Positions 37,593 through 47,054 of a DNA stretch of 64,000 bases are shown in pieces. The position numbers and the translations under genes were made by a program. The stretch is from Candidatus Latescibacterota bacterium (GTDB lineage: Bacteria; Latescibacterota; UBA2968): the NCBI GenBank assembly GCA_965205975.1, contig OZ242195.1:4960001-5024000 (forward strand), read 5' to 3'. Under the pieces are notes generated by a model. The model ran no database searches. It was given only the letters and a program-made list of their open reading frames with translations, and had not been told where the DNA came from. How positions within the stretch are numbered: position 1 is the stretch's first letter; each line of letters opens with the position of its first letter.

Positions 37593-37640
37593 TGATTTAC
37601 TCATAGGTCGTTGTCACTTCATGTATTCGGGAAATGTTTA

Positions 37641-38132
37641 ATGACTCAAAAACACACGATAAGTGCCCTGGTCGAAAATCATTTTGGCGTTCTGTGCCGC
37701 GTTGCGGGCCTTTTTTCCAGCCGCGGATTCAATATCGATAGTCTGTCCGTTGGCGAGACAGAAGACCCGAGTATTTCGCGCATGACTATTGTCGTCGGTG
37801 GTGACGATAGCGTGCTCGAGCAAGTGGTCAAGCAATTGGATCGCCTTATTGATGTCATTCGCGTGATCGATATTACACAGGGCGCATTTGTCGAACGCGA
37901 ACTCATGTTGATTAAGGTCAAAGCCGATACAACAACGCGTGCAGAAATTATCCAAATTGCCGAAGTGTTTCGCTCAAATATCGTCGATGTATGTCCCAGA
38001 TCGATGACCATAGAGGTTACGGGCAAAAATGATAAGATTCAGGCTATCATTGGCATGCTCAGTTCTTTTGGCATCGAAGAAATCGCGCGCACAGGCACGG
38101 TTGCCCTGTTGCGAGATTCTGCTGCGCAATAA
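37641..38132 (+). CDS. ilvN: Acetolactate synthase small (regulatory) subunit
   Basis: [45 protein letters not shown]. Confidence 0.95.
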   Translation: MTQKHTISALVENHFGVLCRVAGLFSSRGFNIDSLSVGETEDPSISRMTIVVGGDDSVLEQVVKQLDRLIDVIRVIDITQGAFVERELMLIKVKADTTTRAEIIQIAEVFRSNIVDVCPRSMTIEVTGKNDKIQAIIGMLSSFGIEEIARTGTVALLRDSAAQ

Positions 38133-38139
38133 GGAGGTG

Positions 38140-38265
38140 ATGCAGATGGATCCCGATCTCGGTGATCTTACCGAAGAACTCGCTCTCGTTTGGCAGATGG
38201 GGATAGACCGCCAGAGCGTTCCATCTGCCCATTTCCACTTTGATTCTGGCATGTTTAAGGGATAA
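38140..38265 (+). CDS. 41-aa small ORF between ilvN and leuA
   Basis: TAAGGAGGTG RBS; MQMDPDLGDLTEELALVWQ...; internal 9-bp hairpin GGCAGATGG/CCATCTGCC. Confidence 0.35.
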   Translation: MQMDPDLGDLTEELALVWQMGIDRQSVPSAHFHFDSGMFKG

Positions 38266-38267
38266 CA

Positions 38268-39824
38268 ATGTCAAACGCAAAAAATAAAGACCGCGTCATT
38301 ATTTTTGATACTACTTTGAGAGACGCGGAACAGACGCCGGGGGCTTCGCTCGCGTTGCGCGAAAAAGTTGAAATTGCCCATCAACTCGCACGGCTCAATG
38401 TCGATGTTATCGAGGCCGGATTTCCCATATCGTCCGATCAGGACTACAATGCCGTGCGGCGTATCGCACACGAGGTCGAAGGTCCTGTTATTTGCGGTCT
38501 GTCTCGCGCAATCTTCCAGGATATTGACCGCGCAGGTGAAGCTCTGAAAGACGCGCCAAATCCGCGCATACACACGTTTATTGGGACATCGCCGCTCCAT
38601 ATTTCTATGGTGGGCAAAACGCCCGATCAAGTTCTGCAAATGGCTGTTGATGCGGTTGCACGAGCCAGATCGCATTGCGAGGATGTGGAATTTTCACCAA
38701 TGGATGCTGCGCGTACAGAGCCGCAATATCTGCTCGATGTGATCGAAGCTACTATTGAGGCGGGTGCGACAACGATCAATATTCCCGATACTGTGGGCTA
38801 TGCCGTTCCCGGTCAGTTTGGCCGTATTATTCGCAATATTTGCGAGAAAGTGCCCAATGTCGATCGGGCTATTATCAGTGTCCACTGCCACGACGATTTG
38901 GGCATGGCGACGATCAATGCTCTCGAAGCACTCAGAAATGGCGCACGTCAGGTCGAATGCACCATCAATGGATTGGGTGAACGCGCGGGCAATACTTCGC
39001 TTGAAGAAGTGGTCATGGCCGTCAAAACGCGCGGGGATTATTTCGATCTCTATACGGACATCAAAACGCGCGAAATTGTAAACACAAGCCGTCTGGTCAG
39101 CCGCCTTATGGGTATTGTCGTTCCGCCCAACAAGCCCATTGTAGGAGCCAACGCATTTGCACATAGTTCTGGTATCCATCAGGACGGGGTGCTCAAAGAC
39201 CGCGAAAATTTCGAAATTATCGATCCCAGGTCTGTGGGTTGGGAAGAATCGAGTATTGTGCTCACGGCGCGTTCTGGACGCCACGCATTGCGCCATCGCC
39301 TGGAAGAACTCGGTTATAATCTCAATCAGGATGAATTAAATATTGCTTATGAGCGCTTTGTCAAAGTTGCCGACAAGAAGAAGGAAGTTTATGACGAAGA
39401 TCTCATGGCTATTGTGGAAGATGAAATTCGAGATTTTCCCATGCGGTTCGTGTTGGACTATTTGCATACTGTGAGCGGTACTGGCACGGTTCCCTCTGCG
39501 ACGGTTCGCATTGGTATTGACGGTAAAAACCACGTTCAGGAGTCAGCCTGGGGTGATGGGCCGGTAGATGCGACGTATCGGGCGATTAAGAAAGCCACGG
39601 ACAATACGAATACAAAAGTGGAAGACTATACTATCCGCGGTGTTACCGGGGGTGCCGAAGCGATGGGGGAAGTCACGGTCAATGTGTCGTGCAATGGTCG
39701 CATAGTCAGGGGACGCGGTGTTTCAACCGATATTATTGAAGCCAGTGCCAAGGCTTTTCTCGATGCTCTCAATCGCCTGGCCATTCAGCAAGACAATCAC
39801 AAGGAGCGAGAACCAACCGTTTAA
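38268..39824 (+). CDS. leuA: 2-isopropylmalate synthase
   Basis: DTTLRDAEQ, SVHCHDDLG, GERAGN, AHSSGIHQDG, C-terminal regulatory domain. Confidence 0.95.
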   Translation: MSNAKNKDRVIIFDTTLRDAEQTPGASLALREKVEIAHQLARLNVDVIEAGFPISSDQDYNAVRRIAHEVEGPVICGLSRAIFQDIDRAGEALKDAPNPRIHTFIGTSPLHISMVGKTPDQVLQMAVDAVARARSHCEDVEFSPMDAARTEPQYLLDVIEATIEAGATTINIPDTVGYAVPGQFGRIIRNICEKVPNVDRAIISVHCHDDLGMATINALEALRNGARQVECTINGLGERAGNTSLEEVVMAVKTRGDYFDLYTDIKTREIVNTSRLVSRLMGIVVPPNKPIVGANAFAHSSGIHQDGVLKDRENFEIIDPRSVGWEESSIVLTARSGRHALRHRLEELGYNLNQDELNIAYERFVKVADKKKEVYDEDLMAIVEDEIRDFPMRFVLDYLHTVSGTGTVPSATVRIGIDGKNHVQESAWGDGPVDATYRAIKKATDNTNTKVEDYTIRGVTGGAEAMGEVTVNVSCNGRIVRGRGVSTDIIEASAKAFLDALNRLAIQQDNHKEREPTV

Positions 39825-39826
39825 TC

Positions 39827-39904
39827 CGCAGATGGGCGCAGATGGGCGCAGATGGGCGCAGATGGGCGCAGATGAAATGTAGGGGCAGTGCCTTGTGCCT
39901 GCCC
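39827..39904 (+). repeat. Decamer tandem repeat (CGCAGATGGG)x4 + CGCAGATGAA, followed by a GTAG REP-like palindrome
   Basis: Read directly; GTAG-GGGCAG-TGCCTTGTGC-CTGCCC. Confidence 0.8.
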
Positions 39905-39931
39905 ATAGGGTTTTAAGAATAGAGGTTATAG

Positions 39932-41329
39932 ATGGGTCAAAGTTTGTTTCACAAAGTTTGGGACGCGCATGCGGTGCGAACGCTGCCATCGGGGCAGACA
40001 CAGTTGTTTATCGGCCTGCATCTCGTTCACGAGGTTACCAGTCCGCAGGCTTTTGATATGCTCAGAGAGCTAGGCCTCACCATTGCGTATCCAGATCGCA
40101 CATTTGCCACGGTTGATCACATTGTACCCACAAGCGATGTTGCCCGCCCATTTGCCGATGAGATGGCCGAGGACATGATGGTCGCCATCGAAGAAAATGC
40201 CCAACAGTTTGGCCTTTCTTTTTTTGGTTTGGACGACGAGCGTCAGGGTATTGTCCATGTTATTGGTCCTGAACTGGGTCTGACACAGCCGGGGATGACC
40301 ATTGCCTGTGGTGACAGCCACACTTCAACGCACGGAGCTTATGGCGCCATTGCATTTGGCATTGGCACATCGCAGGTGCGCGATGTGCTCGCCACACAGT
40401 GTCTGGCGATGGATCCTCTCAAAGTGCGCCGTATTGAAGTATCCGGCACGCTGGGCAATGGGGTTTACGCCAAAGATGTTATTCTCAATATCATCCGCAA
40501 TCTCGGTGTAAAAGGCGGCACGGGCTATGCTTATGAATATGCTGGATCTGCTATTGAAGCTATGGATATGGAAGCGCGCATGTCGGTGTGCAATATGTCG
40601 ATTGAAGGCGGCGCGCGCGCGGGGTACGTGAATCCCGATCAGACGACTTATGACTATCTGTGGGGACGCACTTATGCACCTTCGGGAGAAGCCTTTGATC
40701 GCGCGGTTTCCTGGTGGTGTTCTATGGCTTCCGATGCCGATGCCGATTACGACGATGTTTATCATCTCGATGGCTCTGCCCTCGAGCCTACCGTGACCTG
40801 GGGTATTACGCCAGGGCAGGCACTTTTCGTATCAGAAAAAGTGCCGGCTTTGACGGATTTGCCCGATGATGAGCGCGATGTTGCAGCCGAAGCGTATGAT
40901 TATATGGACTTAAAACCTGGTACGGCTATATCTGGTATGCCTATTGATGTGGCTTTTGTGGGGTCGTGTACCAACAGCCGTATCTCTGACCTCAGAGAAG
41001 CTGCCAGAGTCGCCGAGGGACACAAGGTGGCCAGTGGCGTCAAAGCGCTGGTTGTGCCGGGGTCCAAATCCGTTCTCAAGACAGCCGAATCTGAGGGATT
41101 ACACCACATTTTTGAAGATGCGGGCTTTGAATGGCGTGGGGCCGGGTGTTCGATGTGTTTGGCTATGAATCCCGATAAATTGCAGGGACGCGAAGTGTGC
41201 GCGTCTTCGAGTAATCGCAATTTCAAAGGGCGTCAGGGAAGCCCCACGGGACGCACCCTCTTGATGAGTCCCGCAATGGTTGCAGCCGCGGCTATCGCCG
41301 GTGAGGTTATTGACGTACGCGCGATGTAA
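39932..41329 (+). CDS. leuC: 3-isopropylmalate dehydratase large subunit
   Basis: [46 protein letters not shown]. Confidence 0.96.
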   Translation: MGQSLFHKVWDAHAVRTLPSGQTQLFIGLHLVHEVTSPQAFDMLRELGLTIAYPDRTFATVDHIVPTSDVARPFADEMAEDMMVAIEENAQQFGLSFFGLDDERQGIVHVIGPELGLTQPGMTIACGDSHTSTHGAYGAIAFGIGTSQVRDVLATQCLAMDPLKVRRIEVSGTLGNGVYAKDVILNIIRNLGVKGGTGYAYEYAGSAIEAMDMEARMSVCNMSIEGGARAGYVNPDQTTYDYLWGRTYAPSGEAFDRAVSWWCSMASDADADYDDVYHLDGSALEPTVTWGITPGQALFVSEKVPALTDLPDDERDVAAEAYDYMDLKPGTAISGMPIDVAFVGSCTNSRISDLREAARVAEGHKVASGVKALVVPGSKSVLKTAESEGLHHIFEDAGFEWRGAGCSMCLAMNPDKLQGREVCASSSNRNFKGRQGSPTGRTLLMSPAMVAAAAIAGEVIDVRAM

Positions 41330-41334
41330 AAGCG

Positions 41335-41427
41335 CGAATAGACGAATAGACGAATAGACGAATAGACGAATGGCAATACACACTGATTTTGGGAGGATGG
41401 GTGGGGTTCGTTGATTCGTTGATTCGT
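41335..41427 (+). repeat. Octamer-armed intergenic element, copy 2
   Basis: (CGAATAGA)x4, core GATTTTGGGAGGATGGGTGGGGTTCG, (TTGATTCG)x2. Confidence 0.8.
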
Positions 41428-41444
41428 GTATTGAAAGGTTATTT

Positions 41445-42038
41445 ATGAATTCATCTGTGATTCAGTATGTAGAAGGACGCGCGCTTCCCGTTCGGGGAAA
41501 TGACATCGATACCGATCGCATTATTCCCGCGCGGTATCTTCGCGCTATTACGTTTGACGGCCTGGGTGAGCACGCATTTGAAGACGATCGCAAATCAAAT
41601 CCCGATCACCCATTTGATGATCCGCGCTATCAGGGCGCGTCCATACTCATCGCCAATGATAATTTTGGGTGTGGGTCTTCGAGAGAACACGCGCCCCAGG
41701 CTTTGATGCGCTGGGGGATTAGTGCTATTGTGGGTGAATCTTTTGCCGAAATTTTTCTGGGCAATTGTACGGCTATGGGCGTGCCTTGCCTGACGGCTTC
41801 AACCGCGGATATTGTCAAAATTCAAGACGCGATAGAAGCAGATCCGCAACGAGAAATGGCGGTTGATCTCAAAGAGAAAAAATTGACATTTGGCGATATA
41901 GAAGTCAATCTCCAGATTGCAGAAGGCAATCGGCTCCAACTCATTGAGGGGGCGTGGGATGCAACGGGTATGCTTCTCGAAGGCCGCGGTGCGGTGCGGG
42001 AGGTTGCCAATAAACTTCCCTATGTTACGGGCTTTTAA
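41445..42038 (+). CDS. leuD: 3-isopropylmalate dehydratase small subunit
   Basis: DIDTDRIIPARYL, NFGCGSSREHAP, SFAEIF. Confidence 0.96.
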   Translation: MNSSVIQYVEGRALPVRGNDIDTDRIIPARYLRAITFDGLGEHAFEDDRKSNPDHPFDDPRYQGASILIANDNFGCGSSREHAPQALMRWGISAIVGESFAEIFLGNCTAMGVPCLTASTADIVKIQDAIEADPQREMAVDLKEKKLTFGDIEVNLQIAEGNRLQLIEGAWDATGMLLEGRGAVREVANKLPYVTGF

Positions 42039-42048
42039 CCTTTTTTAC

Positions 42049-42071
42049 GCCCGCATCTCGCGGGCTTTTTT
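42049..42071 (+). terminator. Intrinsic terminator after leuD
   Basis: GCCCGC-ATCTC-GCGGGC-TTTTTT. Confidence 0.7.
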
Positions 42072-42207
42072 GCGAGCTATTATGCATTTCTACATGCGAA
42101 CAGGCAGGAGATATTATCCGGGCACTCGTTGCCCGGAGGCCATTGGTTTGGGCATTGGATCGTTTTGCATGGCCCAACTTTTTTAATCCCAAACCAGAGG
42201 AAATCAC

Positions 42208-43788
42208 ATGTCTAAACTTGTACAAATTTACGATTCGACCCTTCGAGATGGCGCGCAGGCTGAGGGTATTTCATTTTCCGCTGAAGACAAAACCATGATT
42301 GCACAACATCTCGATGCGATGGGCATTCACTATGTTGAAGGCGGTTGGCCCAATCCGACGAATCCCAAGGATCTCGAATTTTTTGATCGCGTGCGCGATC
42401 TCGAATTTCACAACACCAAAATTGTCGCTTTTGGCAGTACATGCAGGGTTGACAATCCGCCCGAAGACGATCCCACTCTCACCACTTTGCTCAGGGCAGG
42501 TACAGAGGTTATCACGCTCTTTGGGAAAAGCTGGACGCTTCACGTAACCGATGTGTTGCGGGCAACACTGGACGAGAATCTGCGAATTATCAGGGATTCT
42601 TGCGCTTGGCTCAAGGAAAACGGGCGAGAAGTTATTTACGATGCCGAACACTTTTTTGACGGTTACAAAGCCGATCCCGAATACGCGCTGGAAACTTTGT
42701 TGGCCGCTCAAGAAGGCGGGGCAGAGGTGCTCGTTTTGTGCGACACCAATGGCGGTACGATGCCATATCAGATACAGGAGATTATCAGCGGTATTCAACC
42801 CAGGCTCGATGTTCCTCTGGGTATTCACACGCACAATGATGCGGGAATGGCTGTGGCCAATAGCATTGTAGCACTCGAAATGGGTGCTACACATGTGCAG
42901 GGTACTATCAATGGTTATGGGGAACGCTGTGGCAATGCCAACCTGTGTTCGGTGATTCCAAATATTGAATTTAAGTTGGGGAAGACGGCTATTGGTGGGG
43001 CAAATCTCACAAAGCTCATGGAATTATCGCGCTTTGTGAGCGAAATAGCCAATGTATATCACGACCACCGCCAACCTTATGTGGGCGAGAGTGCTTTTGC
43101 ACACAAAGCAGGTGTTCACGTAGATGCCATGCTCAAACAACCCGTCGCGTATGAACACTGCGATGCGGAATCTGTAGGCAATCAGCGCCGTTTTCTTCTT
43201 TCAGAACAATCGGGCGGCGGGGCTGTTGCAGCAAAATTGCACCATCTGATTCCGGGCCTGGACAAGCGTCATCCAACGGTCCAAAAATTGCTGCAAAAAA
43301 TTAAGCAATTCGAACACGAGGGCTATGTTTTTGAAGCCGCTGAAGCGTCGTTTGAAATTATCGCTCGCCAGATATTGGGTAGTATTCGCAAACCGTTTAA
43401 GCTCATCAATTTCAGGACGATCAATCGCAAAAGTGATGCAGGCTCTGAAGTAGAAGCCATTGTAAAAATAGAAATTGAAGGACAGATTTACCATACGGTT
43501 GGCGAAGGCAATGGCCCGGTCAATGCCCTTGACTCGGCTTTGCGCCAAGCACTTGAAGGCGTGTATCCCACCCTCAAAGATGTGCGCCTTGAAGACTACA
43601 AAGTGCGCGTGTTATCCAGTGCCGAAGGCACAGCAGCTAAAATAAGGGTGCTGATCGAGTCCTCTGACCGCCGGCGCGTGTGGAGTACTGTGGGTGTATC
43701 CGAAAATATCATCGAAGCCAGTTGGATCGCACTGCGAGATAGTTTGATCTATAAGTTGCTACTCGACGGCATCATCGTCGTTGACTGA
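42208..43788 (+). CDS. cimA: Citramalate synthase
   Basis: DSTLRDGAQAEG, EGGWP, YDAEHFFDG, GERCGNANL, WSTVGVSENIIEASW. Confidence 0.92.
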   Translation: MSKLVQIYDSTLRDGAQAEGISFSAEDKTMIAQHLDAMGIHYVEGGWPNPTNPKDLEFFDRVRDLEFHNTKIVAFGSTCRVDNPPEDDPTLTTLLRAGTEVITLFGKSWTLHVTDVLRATLDENLRIIRDSCAWLKENGREVIYDAEHFFDGYKADPEYALETLLAAQEGGAEVLVLCDTNGGTMPYQIQEIISGIQPRLDVPLGIHTHNDAGMAVANSIVALEMGATHVQGTINGYGERCGNANLCSVIPNIEFKLGKTAIGGANLTKLMELSRFVSEIANVYHDHRQPYVGESAFAHKAGVHVDAMLKQPVAYEHCDAESVGNQRRFLLSEQSGGGAVAAKLHHLIPGLDKRHPTVQKLLQKIKQFEHEGYVFEAAEASFEIIARQILGSIRKPFKLINFRTINRKSDAGSEVEAIVKIEIEGQIYHTVGEGNGPVNALDSALRQALEGVYPTLKDVRLEDYKVRVLSSAEGTAAKIRVLIESSDRRRVWSTVGVSENIIEASWIALRDSLIYKLLLDGIIVVD

Positions 43789-43808
43789 CCCTTTTCAAAG
43801 AGTATCGT

Positions 43809-44981
43809 ATGCAAATCAATTCTCGCCGCATTGAACGCTTGCCGCCTTATGTTTTTCACGAGGTCAATGCCCGCAAGATGTACCTGCGGCGCAAGGGTGT
43901 TGATATTATTGATCTGGGCATGGGCAATCCCGACCAGCCGACGCCGCCACATATTATTGACAAACTCACTGAGGTTGTCCGCGATCCCAAAACGCATGGA
44001 TATTCGCCATCGGCGGGCCTTCCGGCTTTGAGGCGGGCGATTTGTCGCCATTATAAACGCCGTTTTGGTGTTGATCTCGATCCGGAGACTGAAGCTATTG
44101 TCACGATTGGTTCGAAAGAGGGGTTGGCGCATATTTGTCTCGCGCTTCTCGATCCGGGCGATCTCGCCATTGTGCCAAATCCGGCGTATCCCTTGCATCT
44201 TTATGGCGTTGCGATTGCCAATGGCAATGTCTTCAGCATGCCTTTGCGACCGGAAAAAGAGTTTGTGCCAGATCTGCAAATGATCCCGCGGGAACTGTGG
44301 CCCAAACCCAAAGTGATGATTTTTAATTTTCCTCATAATCCTACGACAGCTACTGTCGATATTTCTTTTTTTGAGGAGATTGTGGCTTTTGCCCGCCGTC
44401 AAAATATCATTGTTATTCACGATATGGCCTATTCGGATATTGCGTTTGACGATACCTGTGTACCCAGTCTTTTGCAGGTTAAGGGTGCGAAAGAAGTCGG
44501 GGTTGAATTTTACACGATGTCCAAGTCTTACAATATGGCCGGTTGGCGCGTCGGGTTTTGTCTCGGAAATCCGGAGGTGATTAAAGCACTTTCCGTGATT
44601 AAAAATTACTACGATTACGGCGTTTTTACCCCCATACAGGTCGCAGCAATTTCCGCGCTTGATGGTCCGCAAGATTGCGTACAGCAATCGGCCGCTATGT
44701 ACCAGAGCCGCAGGGATACGCTGGTAGAAGGTCTCAATCGCATCGGTTGGCCCGTCAATAAGCCCAAGGCGTCGATGTTTGTTTGGGCGCCTATTCCAGA
44801 AAAGTATCGGTATCTCGGTTCTATGAATTTTGCGCTCAAGCTCATGGAGGAGGCCGAACTCGCGGTTTCTCCCGGTATTGGTTTTGGCGATATGGGCGAG
44901 GGATATGTACGCATTTCACTGGTCGAAAATGAACACCGAATCAGACAGGCTGTTCGCAATGTCAAACGCGCGCTTTTTTGA
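43809..44981 (+). CDS. alaC: Class I/II aminotransferase (AlaC / LL-DAP aminotransferase-like)
   Basis: LPPYVF, DLGMGNPD, GSKEG, NFPHNPT, SKSYNMAGWRVG. Confidence 0.8.
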   Translation: MQINSRRIERLPPYVFHEVNARKMYLRRKGVDIIDLGMGNPDQPTPPHIIDKLTEVVRDPKTHGYSPSAGLPALRRAICRHYKRRFGVDLDPETEAIVTIGSKEGLAHICLALLDPGDLAIVPNPAYPLHLYGVAIANGNVFSMPLRPEKEFVPDLQMIPRELWPKPKVMIFNFPHNPTTATVDISFFEEIVAFARRQNIIVIHDMAYSDIAFDDTCVPSLLQVKGAKEVGVEFYTMSKSYNMAGWRVGFCLGNPEVIKALSVIKNYYDYGVFTPIQVAAISALDGPQDCVQQSAAMYQSRRDTLVEGLNRIGWPVNKPKASMFVWAPIPEKYRYLGSMNFALKLMEEAELAVSPGIGFGDMGEGYVRISLVENEHRIRQAVRNVKRALF

Positions 44982-45055
44982 ACGTGGATTATGCGACGTT
45001 TGAGGCGAAAGTCAAAAAGCAACCACAGACTTGTCCCAGTACAAGGTAATAGATC

Positions 45056-46354
45056 ATGATTACACAAATCGAGATCGGTGGTTATCGGCTTCTCGACGAG
45101 TTTGAGGCCGATCTCACACAGCTAACAGTAGTTATAGGGGCGAATGCCGTTGGCAAGAGCACGCTAATTAGTTGCTTAGAACTGATTGCTCGGTGTAATA
45201 CGGTGCCAGTAAATGCCGCAATGGGTTGGCAAGGGGGGACAGCCTCTCTTCTTACAGTAGGGAACGAAAATCGACGGTTGACATGGAAGATCACTTTTCA
45301 TAAGTCCGCGGCGATTCCGTGGAATACTGTTCCATTGGAAAAGGGACAGTCCCTGGTGTACGAGGTCGTTCTCCAGGCCGATGCACAGAGCCAGATGTAC
45401 CCGCAATACGAGGTTCTCAGATATCGAGAACCAATGCAAGGATATGGCGACTCCTCCACATTACTGGAAGCAACTCCGGATCAACGACGCATATTTGACA
45501 GAAAACAACGTCAATTGGTACCGTTTGATGAAGCACAATCTTCCCCTGATGTTGTCCGCGAGTCCGATTCGGCGGAAACCACCTTAAAAAGCGGTCTGCA
45601 ACAACCCGCGCAACAGGATCCCGCGTTGTTGCTGTCACAAATTCGCTTCTTCAACGAGTTTCCCATCCCCTCCTGGGTACGCGTTCTATTGGCAAATATG
45701 GCGTTCTATCCTGGTTTCGATGTGACGCGGTCTTCCGCGCTCCGCACCAGGGCCGCCGATATCAGACCGGTTACAGCATTATCGACTAACGGCGACAATT
45801 TGGGTACCGTGCTGCACGAAATCCTGACCCGATATGATTACCGTTCAGCAGCAGAAGAGTTACGCGACTTTCTGCGCGTAGCCTATCCCGCATTTGAGGA
45901 AATTCATTGCGATACCACGTATGGAACGCCGCCACAAGTGCTCGTCAGGGTGCGAGAGAAGGGCATGTCCCGCTCTATGGAGTTGTGGGAGTTGTCGGAT
46001 GGTATGCTGCGATTCCTTTGCCTTGCGACTGCTCTGTTGGATCCGCACCCTCCACTCTTGGTGGCGATTGACGAACCGGAATTGGGTTTGCATCCCGGCC
46101 TGTTGCCGATTGTAGCAGAGATGATCAAGTTAGCGGCAGAGCGCACCCAGGTGCTGGTGACGACGCATAGTCCGGACTTGCTCAACTGTTTTGAGATAGG
46201 CGATATAGCCGTGATGGCGCGGGATATATATGACGCAAAGGTTGTGTGGCATCGTCCCGCGAGTCGCAATACGCTTTTGCCAATGCTCGACAACATTACC
46301 GGCGAAACCTTGGGCGACCTCCACCGCTCAGGCGAACTGGAGGCTGGCGCATGA
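45056..46354 (+). CDS. ABC-type AAA ATPase (AAA_21-like)
   Basis: GANAVGKS, LSDG, IDEPELGLHP, TTHSP. Confidence 0.88.
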   Translation: MITQIEIGGYRLLDEFEADLTQLTVVIGANAVGKSTLISCLELIARCNTVPVNAAMGWQGGTASLLTVGNENRRLTWKITFHKSAAIPWNTVPLEKGQSLVYEVVLQADAQSQMYPQYEVLRYREPMQGYGDSSTLLEATPDQRRIFDRKQRQLVPFDEAQSSPDVVRESDSAETTLKSGLQQPAQQDPALLLSQIRFFNEFPIPSWVRVLLANMAFYPGFDVTRSSALRTRAADIRPVTALSTNGDNLGTVLHEILTRYDYRSAAEELRDFLRVAYPAFEEIHCDTTYGTPPQVLVRVREKGMSRSMELWELSDGMLRFLCLATALLDPHPPLLVAIDEPELGLHPGLLPIVAEMIKLAAERTQVLVTTHSPDLLNCFEIGDIAVMARDIYDAKVVWHRPASRNTLLPMLDNITGETLGDLHRSGELEAGA

Positions 46355-47016
46355 AGGTGTGGGTTTTTGTGGAAGGAAATTCGGATGTTCAGGCATTATC
46401 GGCATTATGGAGCGGCTGGAAGCAGCAACTTAGGGAGAAAGGCTGGGGTATTCAGCTAATATCCCTTGGAAACAAGTCCAACTATTTCAGAAATATTGGC
46501 CCCCGAGTGATCAGGAAGTTGTTGCATGATACAAGCGATCTGACCGTGGGATTACCGGATCTCTACCCGAATCAAAACTATGCGAATACGGAGTACAAGC
46601 ACGATAATTTGAAAGAACTTCAAGATGTGCAAACGCGTTTGGTGAACCAGAGCTTGCAACAAAAGGTCAGAGAGGCTGATGTGGACAGCCACATGGTGCG
46701 TTTTTATGCCAGTGCGTTGAAACACGACTTGGAAGTGTTGCTCCTTGCCGCAACGGGTCAACTTCAATCCCGACTCAAGATGCGGAATAAGCCCAGCGGT
46801 TGGCGACGTCCTCCGGAAGATCAGAACCAAAACAGGCCCCCAAAGAAAGTTGTTGAGGAACTCTTTCGGAGACATCTTAAGCGGGCCTATCTTGAAAATT
46901 CGGATAGCAATGCCATTCTCAGAAACGCAGACTTGCGAGAGGTGGCGGAACAGTGCCCGGCATTCCGCGATATGATTGATTGGATTGGCGATAAGACTAA
47001 AGTACCTGGGTACTGA
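46351..47016 (+). CDS. DUF4276-like TOPRIM-fold partner protein
   Basis: VFVEG..D, DLYP, HDLEVLLLA, CPAF; ATGA overlap with the ATPase. Confidence 0.7.
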   Translation: MKVWVFVEGNSDVQALSALWSGWKQQLREKGWGIQLISLGNKSNYFRNIGPRVIRKLLHDTSDLTVGLPDLYPNQNYANTEYKHDNLKELQDVQTRLVNQSLQQKVREADVDSHMVRFYASALKHDLEVLLLAATGQLQSRLKMRNKPSGWRRPPEDQNQNRPPKKVVEELFRRHLKRAYLENSDSNAILRNADLREVAEQCPAFRDMIDWIGDKTKVPGY

Positions 47017-47054
47017 GAGATAGACATTCCGAATTACTAAAATTGAGGTGTTTT

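Noticed and set aside
39827..39876. Tandem decamer and octamer repeats (also 34862, 41335, 49465) as CRISPR arrays
   Set aside because: Units are 8-10 bp with no unique spacers, and there are no cas genes
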